NCBI GenBank assembly: GCA_964057225.1
Contig: OZ059895.1
Coordinates: 11,284,001 to 11,348,000, forward strand
DNA: 64,000 bases
Source of the DNA: Auanema rhodensis
Lineage: Eukaryota; Animalia; Nematoda
Reading direction: 5' to 3'
Of the stretch, positions 42,088 through 56,987 are shown piece by piece; within the stretch, counting starts at the first letter, position 1; each line of letters starts with the position of its first letter. Below the pieces are notes generated by a model. It worked only from the letters and a program-made list of their open reading frames with translations, searched no databases and was not told the origin of the DNA. Position numbers and translations under genes: made by a program.

Positions 42088-45000
42088 ATGTTTTCAATTT
42101 TCAAGCAGTTTTACTCAGATAGCTTAACCCAAGGCAGCAAATTATCTTCAATATTATTTCTATCTTACAGTTATAAACGAATAGTTAATGAACCATCATC
42201 TTACCTTTACTGTTTCTATCTATTTCCTATCGAAAGCAACTTTGTTCAAACACTATACAACTGTGAAACCTTTTTTAATTTCTTGTATTTGGAGCTCATA
42301 AGATTTGATATCATCGAGGGATCCAGATAGAACGTGGAAAATTACATAACTAACATGAAATTGGGGAAAAATTATAACGAGGATAAGTATGTAAATCATT
42401 GAATATCAGATATTTTTGCTTACAACTATACCACGTTGTAAGTACGCCATGCCGCTGATTTTCAATTTTAACTCTTTTTTAACAAATGTTTTCAATTTTC
42501 AAGCAGTTTTACTTAGATAGCTCAACCCAAGGCAGCAAATTATCTTCAATCTTATTTCTATCTTACAGATATAAACCAGTAGTTAATGAACCATCATCTT
42601 ACCTTTACTATTTCTATCTATTTTCTATCGAAACCAACTTTGTTCAAAAACTATACAACTGTGAAACCTTTTTTAATTTCTTGTATTTGGAGCTCTTAAG
42701 ATTTGATATCATTGAGGGATCCAGATAGAACATGGAAAATTACATAACTAACATGAAATTGGGAAAAAATTATAACGAGGATAAGTATGTAATTCATTGA
42801 ATATCAGATATTTTCGCTTAGGACCATACCACGTTGAAAGTACGCCATGCCGCTGATTTTCAATTTTAACTCTTTTGTAACGAATGTTTTCAATTTTCAA
42901 GCAGTTTTACTCAGATAGCTTAACCCAAGGCAGCAAATTATCTTCAATATTATTTTTATCTTACAGTTATAAACCAATAGTTAATGAACCATCATCTTAC
43001 ACTTACCATTTCTATCTATTTCATATCGAAACCAACTTTGTTCAAAAACTATACAACTGTGAAACCTTTTTTAATTTCTTGTATTTGGAGCTCTTAAGAT
43101 TTGATATCATTGAGGGATCCAGATAGAACGTGGAAAATTACATAACTAACATGAAATTGGGAAAAAATTATAACGAGGATAAGTATGTAAATCATTGAAT
43201 ATCAGATATTTTTGCTTACAACTATACCACGTTGTAAGTACGCCATGCCGCTGATTTTCAATTTTAACTCTTTTGTAACGAATGTTTTCAATTTTCAAGC
43301 AGTTTTACTCAGATAGCTTAACCCAAGGCAGCAAATTATCTTCAATATTGATTCTATCTTACAGTTATAAACGAATAGTTAATGAACCATCATCTTACCT
43401 TTACTGTTTCTATCTATTTCCTATCGAAAGCAACTTTGTTCAAACACTATACAACTGTGAAACCTTTTTTAATTTCTTGTATTTGGAGCTCATAAGATTT
43501 GATATCATTGAGGGATCCAGATAGAACGTGGAAAATTACGTAACTAACATGAAATTGGAAAAAACTATAACGAGGATAAGTATGTGAATCATTGAATATC
43601 AAATATTTTCGCTTAGGACCATACCACGTTGAAAGTACGCCATGCCGCTGATTTTCAATTTTAACTCTTTTGTAACAAATGTTTTCAATTTTCAAGCAGT
43701 TTTACTCAGATAGCTTAACCCAAGGCAGCAAATTATCTTCAATATTAATTCTATCTTACAGTTATAAACCAATAGTTAATGAACCATCATCTTACCTTTA
43801 CTGTTTCTATCTATTTCCTATCGAAAGCAACTTTGTTCAAACACTATACAACTGTGAAACCTTTTTTAATTTCTTGTATTTGGAGCTCATAAGATTTGAT
43901 ATCATCGAGGGATCCAGATAGAACGTGGAAAATTACATAACTAACATGAAATTGGGGAAAAATTATAACGAGGATAAGTATGTAAATCATTGAATATCAG
44001 ATATTTTTGCTTACAACTATACCACGTTGTAAGTACGCCATGCCGCTGATTTTCAATTTTAACTCTTTTTTAACAAATGTTTTCAATTTTCAAGCAGTTT
44101 TACTCAGATAGCTTAACCCAAGGCAGCAAATTATCTTCAATATTAATTCTATCTTACAGATATAAACCAGTAGTTAATGAACCATCATCTTACCTTTACT
44201 ATTTCTATCTATTTTCTATCGAAACCAACTTTGTTCAAAAACTATACAACTGTGAAACCTTTTTTAATTTCTTGTATTTGGAGCTCTTAAGATTTGATAT
44301 CATTGAGGGATCCAGATAGAACATGGAAAATTACATAACTAACATGAAATTGGGAAAAAATTATAACGAGGATAAGTATGTAATTCATTGAATATCAGAT
44401 ATTTTCGCTTAGGACCATACCACGTTGAAAGTACGCCATGCCGCTGATTTTCAATTTTAACTCTTTTGTAACGAATGTTTTCAATTTTCAAGCAGTTTTA
44501 CTCAGATAGCTTAACCCAAGGCAGCAAATTATCTTCAATATTATTTTTATCTTACAGTTATAAACCAATAGTTAATGAACCATCATCTTACACTTACCAT
44601 TTCTATCTATTTCATATCGAAACCAACTTTGTTCAAAAACTATACGACTGTGAAACCTTTTTTAATTTCTTGTATTTGGAGCTCAAAAGATTTGATATCA
44701 TTGAGGGATCCAGATAGAACGTGGAAAATTACATAACTAACATGAAACTGGGAAAAAATTATAACGAGGATAAGTATGTAAATCATTGAATATCAGATAT
44801 TTTTGCTTACAACTATACCACGTTGTAAGTACGCCATGCCGCTGATTTTCAATTTTAACTCTTTTGTAACGAATGTTTTCAATTTTCAAGCAGTTTTACT
44901 CAGATAGCTTAACCCAAGGCAGCAAATTATCTTCAATATTGATTCTATCTTACAGTTATAAACGAATAGTTAATGAACCATCATCTTACCTTTACTGTTT

Positions 45001-45667
45001 CTATCTATTTCCTATCGAAAGCAACTTTGTTCAAACACTATACAACTGTGAAACCTTTTTTAATTTCTTGTATTTGGAGCTCATAAGATTTGATATCATT
45101 GAGGGATCCAGATAGAACGTGGAAAATTACGTAACTAACATGAAATTGGAAAAAACTATAACGAGGATAAGTATGTGAATCATTGAATATCAAATATTTT
45201 CGCTTAGGACCATACCACGTTGAAAGTACGCCATGCCGCTGATTTTCAATTTTAACTCTTTTGTAACAAATGTTTTCAATTTTCAAGCAGTTTTACTCAG
45301 ATAGCTTAACCCAAGGCAGCAAATTATCTTCAATATTAATTCTATCTTACAGTTATAAACCAATAGTTAATGAACCATCATCTTACCTTTACTGTTTCTA
45401 TCTATTTCCTATCGAAAGCAACTTTGTTCAAACACTATACAACTGTGAAACCTTTTTTAATTTCTTGTATTTGGAGCTCATAAGATTTGATATCATCGAG
45501 GGATCCAGATAGAACGTGGAAAATTACATAACTAACATGAAATTGGGGAAAAATTATAACGAGGATAAGTATGTAAATCATTGAATATCAGATATTTTTG
45601 CTTACAACTATACCACGTTGTAAGTACGCCATGCCGCTGATTTTCAATTTTAACTCTTTTTTAACAA

Positions 45668-45960
45668 ATGTTTTCAATTTTCAAGCAGTTTTACTTAGAT
45701 AGCTCAACCCAAGGCAGCAAATTATCTTCAATCTTATTTCTATCTTACAGATATAAACCAGTAGTTAATGAACCATCATCTTACCTTTACTATTTCTATC
45801 TATTTTCTATCGAAACCAACTTTGTTCAAAAACTATACAACTGTGAAACCTTTTTTAATTTCTTGTATTTGGAGCTCATAAGATTTGATATCATTTACAA
45901 CTATACCACGTTGTAAGTACGCCATGCCGCTGATTTTCAATTTTAACTCTTTTGTAACAA
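45668..45960 (+). repeat. Truncated 293-bp monomer (104/105-bp internal deletion)
   Basis: Junction gatatcatt|tacaactatacc at ~45895. The next monomer starts 293 bp downstream. Confidence 0.97.
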
Positions 45961-47551
45961 ATGTTTTCAATTTTCAAGCAGCTTTACTTAGATAGCTCAA
46001 CCCAAGGCAGCAATTTATCTTCAATATTATTTCTATCTTACAGTTATAAACCAATAGTTAATGAACCATCATCTTACCCTTACCATCTCTATCTATTTCA
46101 TATCGAAACCAACTTTGTTCAAAAACTATACGACTGTGAAACCTTTTTTAATTTTTTGTATTTGGAGCTCAAAAGATTTGATATCATTGAGGGATCCAGA
46201 TAGAACGTGGAAAATTACATAACTAACATGAAATTGGGAAAAAATTATAACGAGGATAAGTATGTAATTCATTGAATATCAGATATTTTCGCTTAGGACC
46301 ATACCACGTTGAAAGTACGCCATGCCGCTGATTTTCAATTTTAACTCTTTTGTAACGAATGTTTTCAATTTTCAAGCAGTTTTACTCAGATAGCTTAACC
46401 CAAGGCAGCAAATTATCTTCAATATTATTTTTATCTTACAGTTATAAACCAATAGTTAATGAACCATCATCTTACACTTACCATTTCTATCTATTTCATA
46501 TCGAAACCAACTTTGTTCAAAAACTATACGACTGTGAAACCTTTTTTAATTTCTTGTATTTGGAGCTCAAAAGATTTGATATCATTGAGGGATCCAGATA
46601 GAACGTGGAAAATTACATAACTAACATGAAACTGGGAAAAAATTATAACGAGGATAAGTATGTAAATCATTGAATATCAGATATTTTTGCTTACAACTAT
46701 ACCACGTTGTAAGTACGCCATGCCGCTGATTTTCAATTTTAACTCTTTTGTAACGAATGTTTTCAATTTTCAAGCAGTTTTACTCAGATAGCTTAACCCA
46801 AGGCAGCAAATTATCTTCAATATTGATTCTATCTTACAGTTATAAACGAATAGTTAATGAACCATCATCTTACCTTTACTGTTTCTATCTATTTCCTATC
46901 GAAAGCAACTTTGTTCAAACACTATACAACTGTGAAACCTTTTTTAAATTCTTGTATTTGGAGCTCATAAGATTTGATATCATTGAGGGATCCAGATAGA
47001 ACGTGGAAAATTACGTAACTAACATGAAATTGGAAAAAACTATAACGAGGATAAGTATGTGAATCATTGAATATCAAATATTTTCGCTTAGGACCATACC
47101 ACGTTGAAAGTACGCCATGCCGCTGATTTTCAATTTTAACTCTTTTGTAACAAATGTTTTCAATTTTCAAGCAGTTTTACTCAGATAGCTTAACCCAAGG
47201 CAGCAAATTATCTTCAATATTAATTCTATCTTACAGTTATAAACCAATAGTTAATGAACCATCATCTTACCTTTACTGTTTCTATCTATTTCCTATCGAA
47301 AGCAACTTTGTTCAAACACTATACAACTGTGAAACCTTTTTTAATTTCTTGTATTTGGAGCTCATAAGATTTGATATCATCGAGGGATCCAGATAGAACG
47401 TGGAAAATTACATAACTAACATGAAATTGGGGAAAAATTATAACGAGGATAAGTATGTAAATCATTGAATATCAGATATTTTTGCTTACAACTATACCAC
47501 GTTGTAAGTACGCCATGCCGCTGATTTTCAATTTTAACTCTTTTTTAACAA

Positions 47552-47844
47552 ATGTTTTCAATTTTCAAGCAGTTTTACTTAGATAGCTCAACCCAAGGCA
47601 GCAAATTATCTTCAATCTTATTTCTATCTTACAGATATAAACCAGTAGTTAATGAACCATCATCTTACCTTTACTATTTCTATCTATTTTCTATCGAAAC
47701 CAACTTTGTTCAAAAACTATACAACTGTGAAACCTTTTTTAATTTCTTGTATTTGGAGCTCATAAGATTTGATATCATTTACAACTATACCACGTTGTAA
47801 GTACGCCATGCCGCTGATTTTCAATTTTAACTCTTTTGTAACAA
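47552..47844 (+). repeat. Truncated 293-bp monomer (same deletion)
   Basis: Identical junction at ~47779. Confidence 0.97.
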
Positions 47845-48241
47845 ATGTTTTCAATTTTCAAGCAGCTTTACTTAGATAGCTCAACCCAAGGCAGCAATTT
47901 ATCTTCAATATTATTTCTATCTTACAGTTATAAACCAATAGTTAATGAACCATCATCTTACCCTTACCATTTCTATCTATTTCATATCGAAACCAACTTT
48001 GTTCAAAAACTATACGACTGTGAAACCTTTTTTAATTTCTTGTATTTGGAGCTCAAAAGATTTGATATCATTGAGGGATCCAGATAGAACGTGGAAAATT
48101 ACATAACTAACATGAAATTGGAAAAAACTATAACGAGGATAACTATGTGAATCATTGAATATCAGATATTTTCGCTTAGGACCATACCACGTTGAAAGTA
48201 CGCCATGCCGCTGATTTTCAATTTTAACTCTTTTGTAACGA

Positions 48242-51200
48242 ATGTTTTCAATTTTCAAGCAGTTTTACTCAGATAGCTTAACCCAAGGCAGCAAATTATC
48301 TTCAATATTATTTTTATCTTACAGTTATAAACCAATAGTTAATGAACCATCATCTTACCCTTACCATCTCTATCTATTTCATATCGAAACCAACTTTGTT
48401 CAAAAACTATACGACTGTGAAACCTTTTTTAATTTTTTGTATTTGGAGCTCAAAAGATTTGATATCATTGAGGGATCCAGATAGAACGTGGAAAATTACA
48501 TAACTAACATGAAATTGGGAAAAAATTATAACGAGGATAAGTATGTAAATCATTGAATATCAGATATTTTTGCTTACAACTATACCACGTTGTAAGTACG
48601 CCATGCCGCTGATTTTCAATTTTAACTCTTTTTTAACAAATGTTTTCAATTTTCAAGCAGTTTTACTTAGATAGCTCAACCCAAGGCAGCAAATTATCTT
48701 CGATCTTATTTCTATCTTACAGATATAAACCAGTAGTTAATGAACCATCATCTTACCTTTACTATTTCTATCTATTTCCTATCGAAACCAACTTTGTTCA
48801 AAAACTATACAACTGTGAAACCTTTTTTAATTTCTTGTATTTGGAGCTCATAAGTTTTGATATCATCGAGGGATCCAGATAGAACGTGGAAAATTACATA
48901 ACTAACATGAAATTGGAAAAAACTATAACGAGGATAAGTATGTGAATCATTGAATATCAGATATTTTCGCTTAGGACCATACCACGTTGAAAGTACGCCA
49001 TGCCGCTGATTTTCAATTTTAACTCTTTTGTAACAAATGTTTTCAATTTTCAAGCAGTTTTACTCAGATAGCTTAACCCAAGGCAGCAAATTATCTTCAA
49101 TATTATTTTTATCTTACAGTTATAAACCAATAGTTAATGAACCATCATCTTACCCTTACCATTTCTATCTATTTCATATCGAAACCAACTTTGTTCAAAA
49201 ACTATACGACTGTGAAACCTTTTTTAATTTCTTGTATTTGGAGCTCAAAAGATTTGATATCATTGAGGGATCCAGATAGAACGTGGAAAATTACATAACT
49301 AACATGAAATTGGGAAAAAATTATAACGAGGATAAGTATGTAAATCATTGAATATCAGATATTTTTGCTTACAACTATACCACGTTGTAAGTACGCCATG
49401 CCGCTGATTTTCAATTTTAACTCTTTTTTAACAAATGTTTTCAATTTTCAAGCAGTTTTACTTAGATAGCTCAACCCAAGGCAGCAAATTATCTTCGATC
49501 TTATTTCTATCTTACAGATATAAACCAGTAGTTAATGAACCATCATCTTACCTTTACTATTTCTATCTATTTCCTATCGAAACCAACTTTGTTCAAAAAC
49601 TATACAACTGTGAAACCTTTTTTAATTTCTTGTATTTGGAGCTCATAAGTTTTGATATCATCGAGGGATCCAGATAGAACGTGGAAAATTACATAACTAA
49701 CATGAAATTGGAAAAAACTATAACGAGGATAAGTATGTGAATCATTGAATATCAGATATTTTCGCTTAGGACCATACCACGTTGAAAGTACGCCATGCCG
49801 CTGATTTTCAATTTTAACTCTTTTGTAACAAATGTTTTCAATTTTCAAGCAGTTTTACTCAGATAGCTTAACCCAAGGCAGCAAATTATCTTCAATATTA
49901 TTTTTATCTTACAGTTATAAACCAATAGTTAATGAACCATCATCTTACCCTTACCATTTCTATCTATTTCATATCGAAACCAACTTTGTTCAAAAACTAT
50001 ACGACTGTGAAACCTTCTTTAATTTCTTGTATTTGGAGCTCAAAAGATTTGATATCATTGAGGGATCCAGATAGAACGTGGAAAATTACATAACTAACAT
50101 GAAATTGGGAAAAAATTATAACGAGGATAAGTATGTAAATCATTGAATATCAGATATTTTTGCTTACAACTATACCACGTTGTAAGTACGCCATGCCGCT
50201 GATTTTCAATTTTAACTCTTTTTTAACAAATGTTTTCAATTTTCAAGCAGTTTTACTTAGATAGCTCAACCCAAGGCAGCAAATTATCTTCGATCTTATT
50301 TCTATCTTACAGATATAAACCAGTAGTTAATGAACCATCATCTTACCTTTACTATTTCTATCTATTTCCTATCGAAACCAACTTTGTTCAAAAACTATAC
50401 AACTGTGAAACCTTTTTTAATTTCTTGTATTTGGAGCTCATAAGTTTTGATATCATCGAGGGATCCAGATAGAACGTGGAAAATTACATAACTAACATGA
50501 AATTGGAAAAAACTATAACGAGGATAAGTATGTGAATCATTGAATATCAGATATTTTTGCTTAGGACCATACCACGTTGAAAGTACGCCATGTCGCTGAT
50601 TTTCAATTTTAACTCTTTTGTAACAAATGTTTTCAATTTTCAAGCAGTTTTACTCAGATAGCTTAACCCAAGGCAGCAAATTATCTTCAATATTAATTCT
50701 ATCTTACAGTTATAAACGAATAGTTAATGAACCATCATCTTACCTTTACTGTTTCTATCTATTTCCTATCGAAAGCAACTTTGTTCAAACACTATACAAC
50801 TGTGAAACCTTTTTTAATTTCTTGTATTTGGAGCTCAAAAGATTTGATATCATTGAGGGATCCAGAAAGAACGTGGAAAATTACATAACTAACATGAAAT
50901 TGGGAAAAAATTATAACGAGGATAAGTATGTAAATCATTGAATATCAGATATTTTTGCTTACAACTATACCACGTTGTAAGTACGCCATGCCGCTGATTT
51001 TCAATTTTAACTCTTTTGTAACAAATGTTTTCAATTTTCAAGCAGTTTTACTCAGATAGCTTAACCCAAGGCAGCAAATTATCTTCAATATTAATTCTAT
51101 CTTACAGTTATAAACGAATAGTTAATGAACCATCATCTTACCTTTACTGTTTCTATCTATTTCCTATCGAAAGCAACTTTGTTCAAACACTATACAACTG

Positions 51201-54200
51201 TGAAACCTTTTTTAATTTCTTGTATTTGGAGCTCATAAGTTTTGATATCATCGAGGGATCCAGATAGAACGTGGAAAATTACATAACTAACATGAAATTG
51301 GAAAAAACTATAACGAGGATAAGTATGTGAATCATTGAATATCAAATATTTTCGCTTAGGACCATACCACGTTGAAAGTACGCCATGCCGCTGATTTTCA
51401 ATTTTAACTCTTTTGTAACAAATGTTTTCAATTTTCAAGCAGTTTTACTCAGATAGCTTAACCCAAGGCAGCAAATTATCTTCAATATTAATTCTATCTT
51501 ACAGTTATAAACCAATAGTTAATGAACCATCATCTTACCTTTACTGTTTCTATCTATTTCCTATCGAAAGCAACTTTGTTCAAACACTATACAACTGTGA
51601 AACCTTTTTTAATTTCTTGTATTTGGAGCTCATAAGATTTGATATCATCGAGGGATCCAGATAGAACGTGGAAAATTACATAACTAACATGAAATTGGGA
51701 AAAAATTATAACGAGGATAAGTATGTAAATCATTGAAAATCAGATATTTTTGCTTACAACTATACCACGTTGTAAGTACGCCATGCCGCTGATTTTTAAT
51801 GTTAACTCTTTTTTAACAAATGTTTTCAATTTTCAAGCAGTTTTACTTAGATAGCTCAACCCAAGGCAGCAAATTATCTTCAATCTTATTTCTATCTTAC
51901 AGATATAAACCAGTAGTTAATGAACCATCATCTTACCCTTACCATCTCTATCTATTTCATATCGAAACCAACTTTGTTCAAAAACTATACGACTGTGAAA
52001 CCTTTTTTAATTTTTTGTATTTGGAGCTCAAAAGATTTGATATCATTGAGGGATCCAGATAGAACGTGGAAAATTACATAACTAACATGAAATTGGGAAA
52101 AAATTATAACGAGGATAAGTATGTAAATCATTGAATATCAGATATTTTTGCTTACAACTATACCACGTTGTAAGTACGCCATGCCGCTGATTTTCAATTT
52201 TAACTCTTTTTTAACAAATGTTTTCAATTTTCAAGCAGTTTTACTTAGATAGCTCAACCCAAGGCAGCAAATTATCTTCGATCTTATTTCTATCTTACAG
52301 ATATAAACCAGTAGTTAATGAACCATCATCTTACCTTTACTATTTCTATCTATTTCCTATCGAAACCAACTTTGTTCAAAAACTATACAACTGTGAAACC
52401 TTTTTTAATTTCTTGTATTTGGAGCTCATAAGTTTTGATATCATCGAGGGATCCAGATAGAACGTGGAAAATTACATAACTAACATGAAATTGGAAAAAA
52501 CTATAACGAGGATAAGTATGTGAATCATTGAATATCAGATATTTTCGCTTAGGACCATACCACGTTGAAAGTACGCCATGCCGCTGATTTTCAATTTTAA
52601 CTCTTTTGTAACAAATGTTTTCAATTTTCAAGCAGTTTTACTCAGATAGCTTAACCCAAGGCAGCAAATTATCTTCAATATTATTTTTATCTTACAGTTA
52701 TAAACCAATAGTTAATGAACCATCATCTTACCCTTACCATTTCTATCTATTTCATATCGAAACCAACTTTGTTCAAAAACTATACGACTGTGAAACCTTT
52801 TTTAATTTCTTGTATTTGGAGCTCAAAAGATTTGATATCATTGAGGGATCCAGATAGAACGTGGAAAATTACATAACTAACATGAAATTGGGAAAAAATT
52901 ATAACGAGGATAAGTATGTAAATCATTGAATATCAGATATTTTTGCTTACAACTATACCACGTTGTAAGTACGCCATGCCGCTGATTTTCAATTTTAACT
53001 CTTTTTTAACAAATGTTTTCAATTTTCAAGCAGTTTTACTTAGATAGCTCAACCCAAGGCAGCAAATTATCTTCGATCTTATTTCTATCTTACAGATATA
53101 AACCAGTAGTTAATGAACCATCATCTTACCCTTACCATCTCTATCTATTTCATATCGAAACCAACTTTGTTCAAAAACTATACGACTGTGAAACCTTTTT
53201 TAATTTTTTGTATTTGGAGCTCAAAAGATTTGATATCATTGAGGGATCCAGATAGAACGTGGAAAATTACATAACTAACATGAAATTGGGAAAAAATTAT
53301 AACGAGGATAAGTATGTAAATCATTGAATATCAGATATTTTTGCTTACAACTATACCACGTTGTAAGTACGCCATGCCGCTGATTTTCAATTTTAACTCT
53401 TTTTTAACAAATGTTTTCAATTTTCAAGCAGTTTTACTTAGATAGCTCAACCCAAGGCAGCAAATTATCTTCAATATTATTTTTATCTTACAGTTATAAA
53501 CCAATAGTTAATGAACCATCATCTTACCTTTACTATTTCTATCTATTTCCTATCGAAACCAACTTTGTTCAAAAACTATACAACTGTGAAACCTTTTTTA
53601 ATTTCTTGTATTTGGAGCTCATAAGTTTTGATATCATCGAGGGATCCAGATAGAACGTGGAAAATTACATAACTAACATGAAATTGGAAAAAACTATAAC
53701 GAGGATAAGTATGTGAATCATTGAATATCAGATATTTTCGCTTAGGACCATACCACGTTGAAAGTACGCCATGCCGCTGATTTTCAATTTTAACTCTTTT
53801 GTAACAAATGTTTTCAATTTTCAAGCAGTTTTACTCAGATAGCTTAACCCAAGGCAGCAAATTATCTTCAATATTATTTTTATCTTACAGTTATAAACCA
53901 ATAGTTAATGAACCATCATCTTACCCTTACCATTTCTATCTATTTCATATCGAAACCAACTTTGTTCAAAAACTATACGACTGTGAAACCTTTTTTAATT
54001 TCTTGTATTTGGAGCTCAAAAGATTTGATATCATTGAGGGATCCAGATAGAACGTGGAAAATTACATAACTAACATGAAATTGGGAAAAAATTATAACGA
54101 GGATAAGTATGTAAATCATTGAATATCAGATATTTTTGCTTACAACTATACCACGTTGTAAGTACGCCATGCCGCTGATTTTCAATTTTAACTCTTTTTT

Positions 54201-56987
54201 AACAAATGTTTTCAATTTTCAAGCAGTTTTACTTAGATAGCTCAACCCAAGGCAGCAAATTATCTTCGATCTTATTTCTATCTTACAGATATAAACCAGT
54301 AGTTAATGAACCATCATCTTACCTTTACTATTTCTATCTATTTCCTATCGAAACCAACTTTGTTCAAAAACTATACAACTGTGAAACCTTTTTTAATTTC
54401 TTGTATTTGGAGCTCATAAGTTTTGATATCATCGAGGGATCCAGATAGAACGTGGAAAATTACATAACTAACATGAAATTGGAAAAAACTATAACGAGGA
54501 TAAGTATGTGAATCATTGAATATCAGATATTTTCGCTTAGGACCATACCACGTTGAAAGTACGCCATGCCGCTGATTTTCAATTTTAACTCTTTTGTAAC
54601 AAATGTTTTCAATTTTCAAGCAGTTTTACTCAGATAGCTTAACCCAAGGCAGCAAATTATCTTCAATATTATTTTTATCTTACAGTTATAAACCAATAGT
54701 TAATGAACCATCATCTTACCCTTACCATTTCTATCTATTTCATATCGAAACCAACTTTGTTCAAAAACTATACGACTGTGAAACCTTCTTTAATTTCTTG
54801 TATTTGGAGCTCAAAAGATTTGATATCATTGAGGGATCCAGATAGAACGTGGAAAATTACATAACTAACATGAAATTGGGAAAAAATTATAACGAGGATA
54901 AGTATGTAAATCATTGAATATCAGATATTTTTGCTTACAACTATACCACGTTGTAAGTACGCCATGCCGCTGATTTTCAATTTTAACTCTTTTTTAACAA
55001 ATGTTTTCAATTTTCAAGCAGTTTTACTTAGATAGCTCAACCCAAGGCAGCAAATTATCTTCGATCTTATTTCTATCTTACAGATATAAACCAGTAGTTA
55101 ATGAACCATCATCTTACCTTTACTATTTCTATCTATTTCCTATCGAAACCAACTTTGTTCAAAAACTATACAACTGTGAAACCTTTTTTAATTTCTTGTA
55201 TTTGGAGCTCATAAGTTTTGATATCATCGAGGGATCCAGATAGAACGTGGAAAATTACATAACTAACATGAAATTGGAAAAAACTATAACGAGGATAAGT
55301 ATGTGAATCATTGAATATCAGATATTTTTGCTTAGGACCATACCACGTTGAAAGTACGCCATGTCGCTGATTTTCAATTTTAACTCTTTTGTAACAAATG
55401 TTTTCAATTTTCAAGCAGTTTTACTCAGATAGCTTAACCCAAGGCAGCAAATTATCTTCAATATTAATTCTATCTTACAGTTATAAACGAATAGTTAATG
55501 AACCATCATCTTACCTTTACTGTTTCTATCTATTTCCTATCGAAAGCAACTTTGTTCAAACACTATACAACTGTGAAACCTTTTTTAATTTCTTGTATTT
55601 GGAGCTCAAAAGATTTGATATCATTGAGGGATCCAGAAAGAACGTGGAAAATTACATAACTAACATGAAATTGGGAAAAAATTATAACGAGGATAAGTAT
55701 GTAAATCATTGAATATCAGATATTTTTGCTTACAACTATACCACGTTGTAAGTACGCCATGCCGCTGATTTTCAATTTTAACTCTTTTGTAACAAATGTT
55801 TTCAATTTTCAAGCAGTTTTACTCAGATAGCTTAACCCAAGGCAGCAAATTATCTTCAATATTAATTCTATCTTACAGTTATAAACGAATAGTTAATGAA
55901 CCATCATCTTACCTTTACTGTTTCTATCTATTTCCTATCGAAAGCAACTTTGTTCAAACACTATACAACTGTGAAACCTTTTTTAATTTCTTGTATTTGG
56001 AGCTCATAAGTTTTGATATCATCGAGGGATCCAGATAGAACGTGGAAAATTACATAACTAACATGAAATTGGAAAAAACTATAACGAGGATAAGTATGTG
56101 AATCATTGAATATCAAATATTTTCGCTTAGGACCATACCACGTTGAAAGTACGCCATGCCGCTGATTTTCAATTTTAACTCTTTTGTAACAAATGTTTTC
56201 AATTTTCAAGCAGTTTTACTCAGATAGCTTAACCCAAGGCAGCAAATTATCTTCAATATTAATTCTATCTTACAGTTATAAACCAATAGTTAATGAACCA
56301 TCATCTTACCTTTACTGTTTCTATCTATTTCCTATCGAAAGCAACTTTGTTCAAACACTATACAACTGTGAAACCTTTTTTAATTTCTTGTATTTGGAGC
56401 TCATAAGATTTGATATCATCGAGGGATCCAGATAGAACGTGGAAAATTACATAACTAACATGAAATTGGGAAAAAATTATAACGAGGATAAGTATGTAAA
56501 TCATTGAAAATCAGATATTTTTGCTTACAACTATACCACGTTGTAAGTACGCCATGCCGCTGATTTTTAATGTTAACTCTTTTTTAACAAATGTTTTCAA
56601 TTTTCAAGCAGTTTTACTTAGATAGCTCAACCCAAGGCAGCAAATTATCTTCAATCTTATTTCTATCTTACAGATATAAACCAGTAGTTAATGAACCATC
56701 ATCTTACCTTTACTATTTCTATCTATTTCCTATCGAAACCAACTTTGTTCAAAAACTATACAACTGTGAAACCTTTTTTAATTTCTTGTATTTGGAGCTC
56801 ATAAGTTTTGATATCATCGAGGGATCCAGATAGAACGTGGAAAATTACATAACTAACATGAAATTGGAAAAAACTATAACGAGGATAAGTATGTGAATCA
56901 TTGAATATCAGATATTTTTGCTTAGGACCATACCACGTTGAAAGTACGCCATGTCGCTGATTTTCAATTTTAACTCTTTTGTAACGA
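48242..56987 (+). repeat. 9-monomer unit duplicated with an extra 3-mer (offsets 3578, 1193 and 4771 bp), built on a 795-bp dimer
   Basis: aaccttcttt (49832/54603), ccagaaag (50627/55398) and gatttttaatgttaac (51422/56193) all recur at +4771. The ccatctct allele occurs at 48242, 51820 and 53013. Confidence 0.88.

Larger units (their letters stand above)
42486..48241 (+). repeat. 4-monomer (1591 bp) then 5-monomer (1884 bp) higher-order repeats, the latter including a deleted monomer
   Basis: The acttaccat allele occurs at 42884, 44475 and 46359. The attgattc allele occurs at 43282, 44873 and 46757. Deleted monomers start at 45668 and 47552. Confidence 0.88.

Noticed and set aside
36920-55712. 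Extended 104-aa ORFs at 36920, 37715, 40099, 50627 and 55398
   Set aside because: They result from one TAG>AAG substitution copied with HOR duplications; useful only as a lineage marker.
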